Positions 63,747 to 64,000 of a stretch of 64,000 nt of DNA are shown here, in pieces (the stretch's first letter is position 1; each line of letters starts with the position of its first letter). Made by a program: the position numbers and the translations under genes. This stretch comes from Arcobacteraceae bacterium (lineage in GTDB: Bacteria > Campylobacterota > Campylobacteria > Campylobacterales > Arcobacteraceae): positions 9,308 to 73,307 of the forward strand of contig JBLWVX010000012.1 in assembly GCA_048268245.1 (NCBI GenBank). The letters run 5' to 3'. The notes beneath the pieces were generated by a model that saw nothing but the letters and a program-made list of their open reading frames with translations, ran no database searches and was not told the origin of the DNA.

Positions 63747-64000
63747 TTAATAACCACTTTCTCTTAAAAAATTATATATAATATTATTGTTTTTTAGAAA
63801 TAATAGATTTTCGTCTATTAAGGATTTTATAAATGAATGTTTATGGTTGACTTCAATAGTTAATATAGCATTATTAATAGTTTTTTTTATTAAGTCTGTT
63901 GACTCTAAATATTCTATATTGTCAAAAGATATAGATTTATGAATTTTTTTTAAATCAGATATGAAGGTTACATTATATTCTTTATTCATAAAACATAATC
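63747..64000 (-). CDS. C-terminal part of the gene upstream of the RT (probable retron effector)
   Basis: Frame stays open to the window edge; stop codon 2 nt before the RT start. Confidence 0.55.
   Translation of the reverse strand, partial: LCFMNKEYNVTFISDLKKIHKSISFDNIEYLESTDLIKKTINNAILTIEVNHKHSFIKSLIDENLLFLKNNNIIYNFLRESGY

Overview
AT-rich chromosomal window of a Campylobacterota bacterium, most likely Arcobacteraceae (inferred from gene content and order). It spans the replication origin (ruvC...dnaA-dnaN-gyrB). Housekeeping genes include nrdAB, purB, queF, SRP RNA, purN, glsA, typA, hcp and a sulfur-assimilation operon (metY-rrf2-cysK-cysH-cysD-cysN-sulfite reductase-like), alongside many chemotaxis and two-component genes. 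Three accessory modules stand out. (1) A BECR/PBECR-like predicted ribonuclease gene directly behind nrdB, followed immediately by a ~100-nt GC-rich multi-stem element; this is a candidate RNA-antitoxin (type III TA-like) system. (2) A type I secretion cassette with a tiny 11-mer-repeat amphipathic peptide, lying between dnaA and the DnaA-box cluster next to ruvC, so that the bipartite oriC appears split. (3) A retron-type reverse transcriptase at the right edge, with a truncated upstream partner gene and a downstream ERIC-like palindrome. Several small ORFs, gene remnants and regulatory sites missed by the ORF track are also visible. All calls come from reading motifs by eye; no searches were run.
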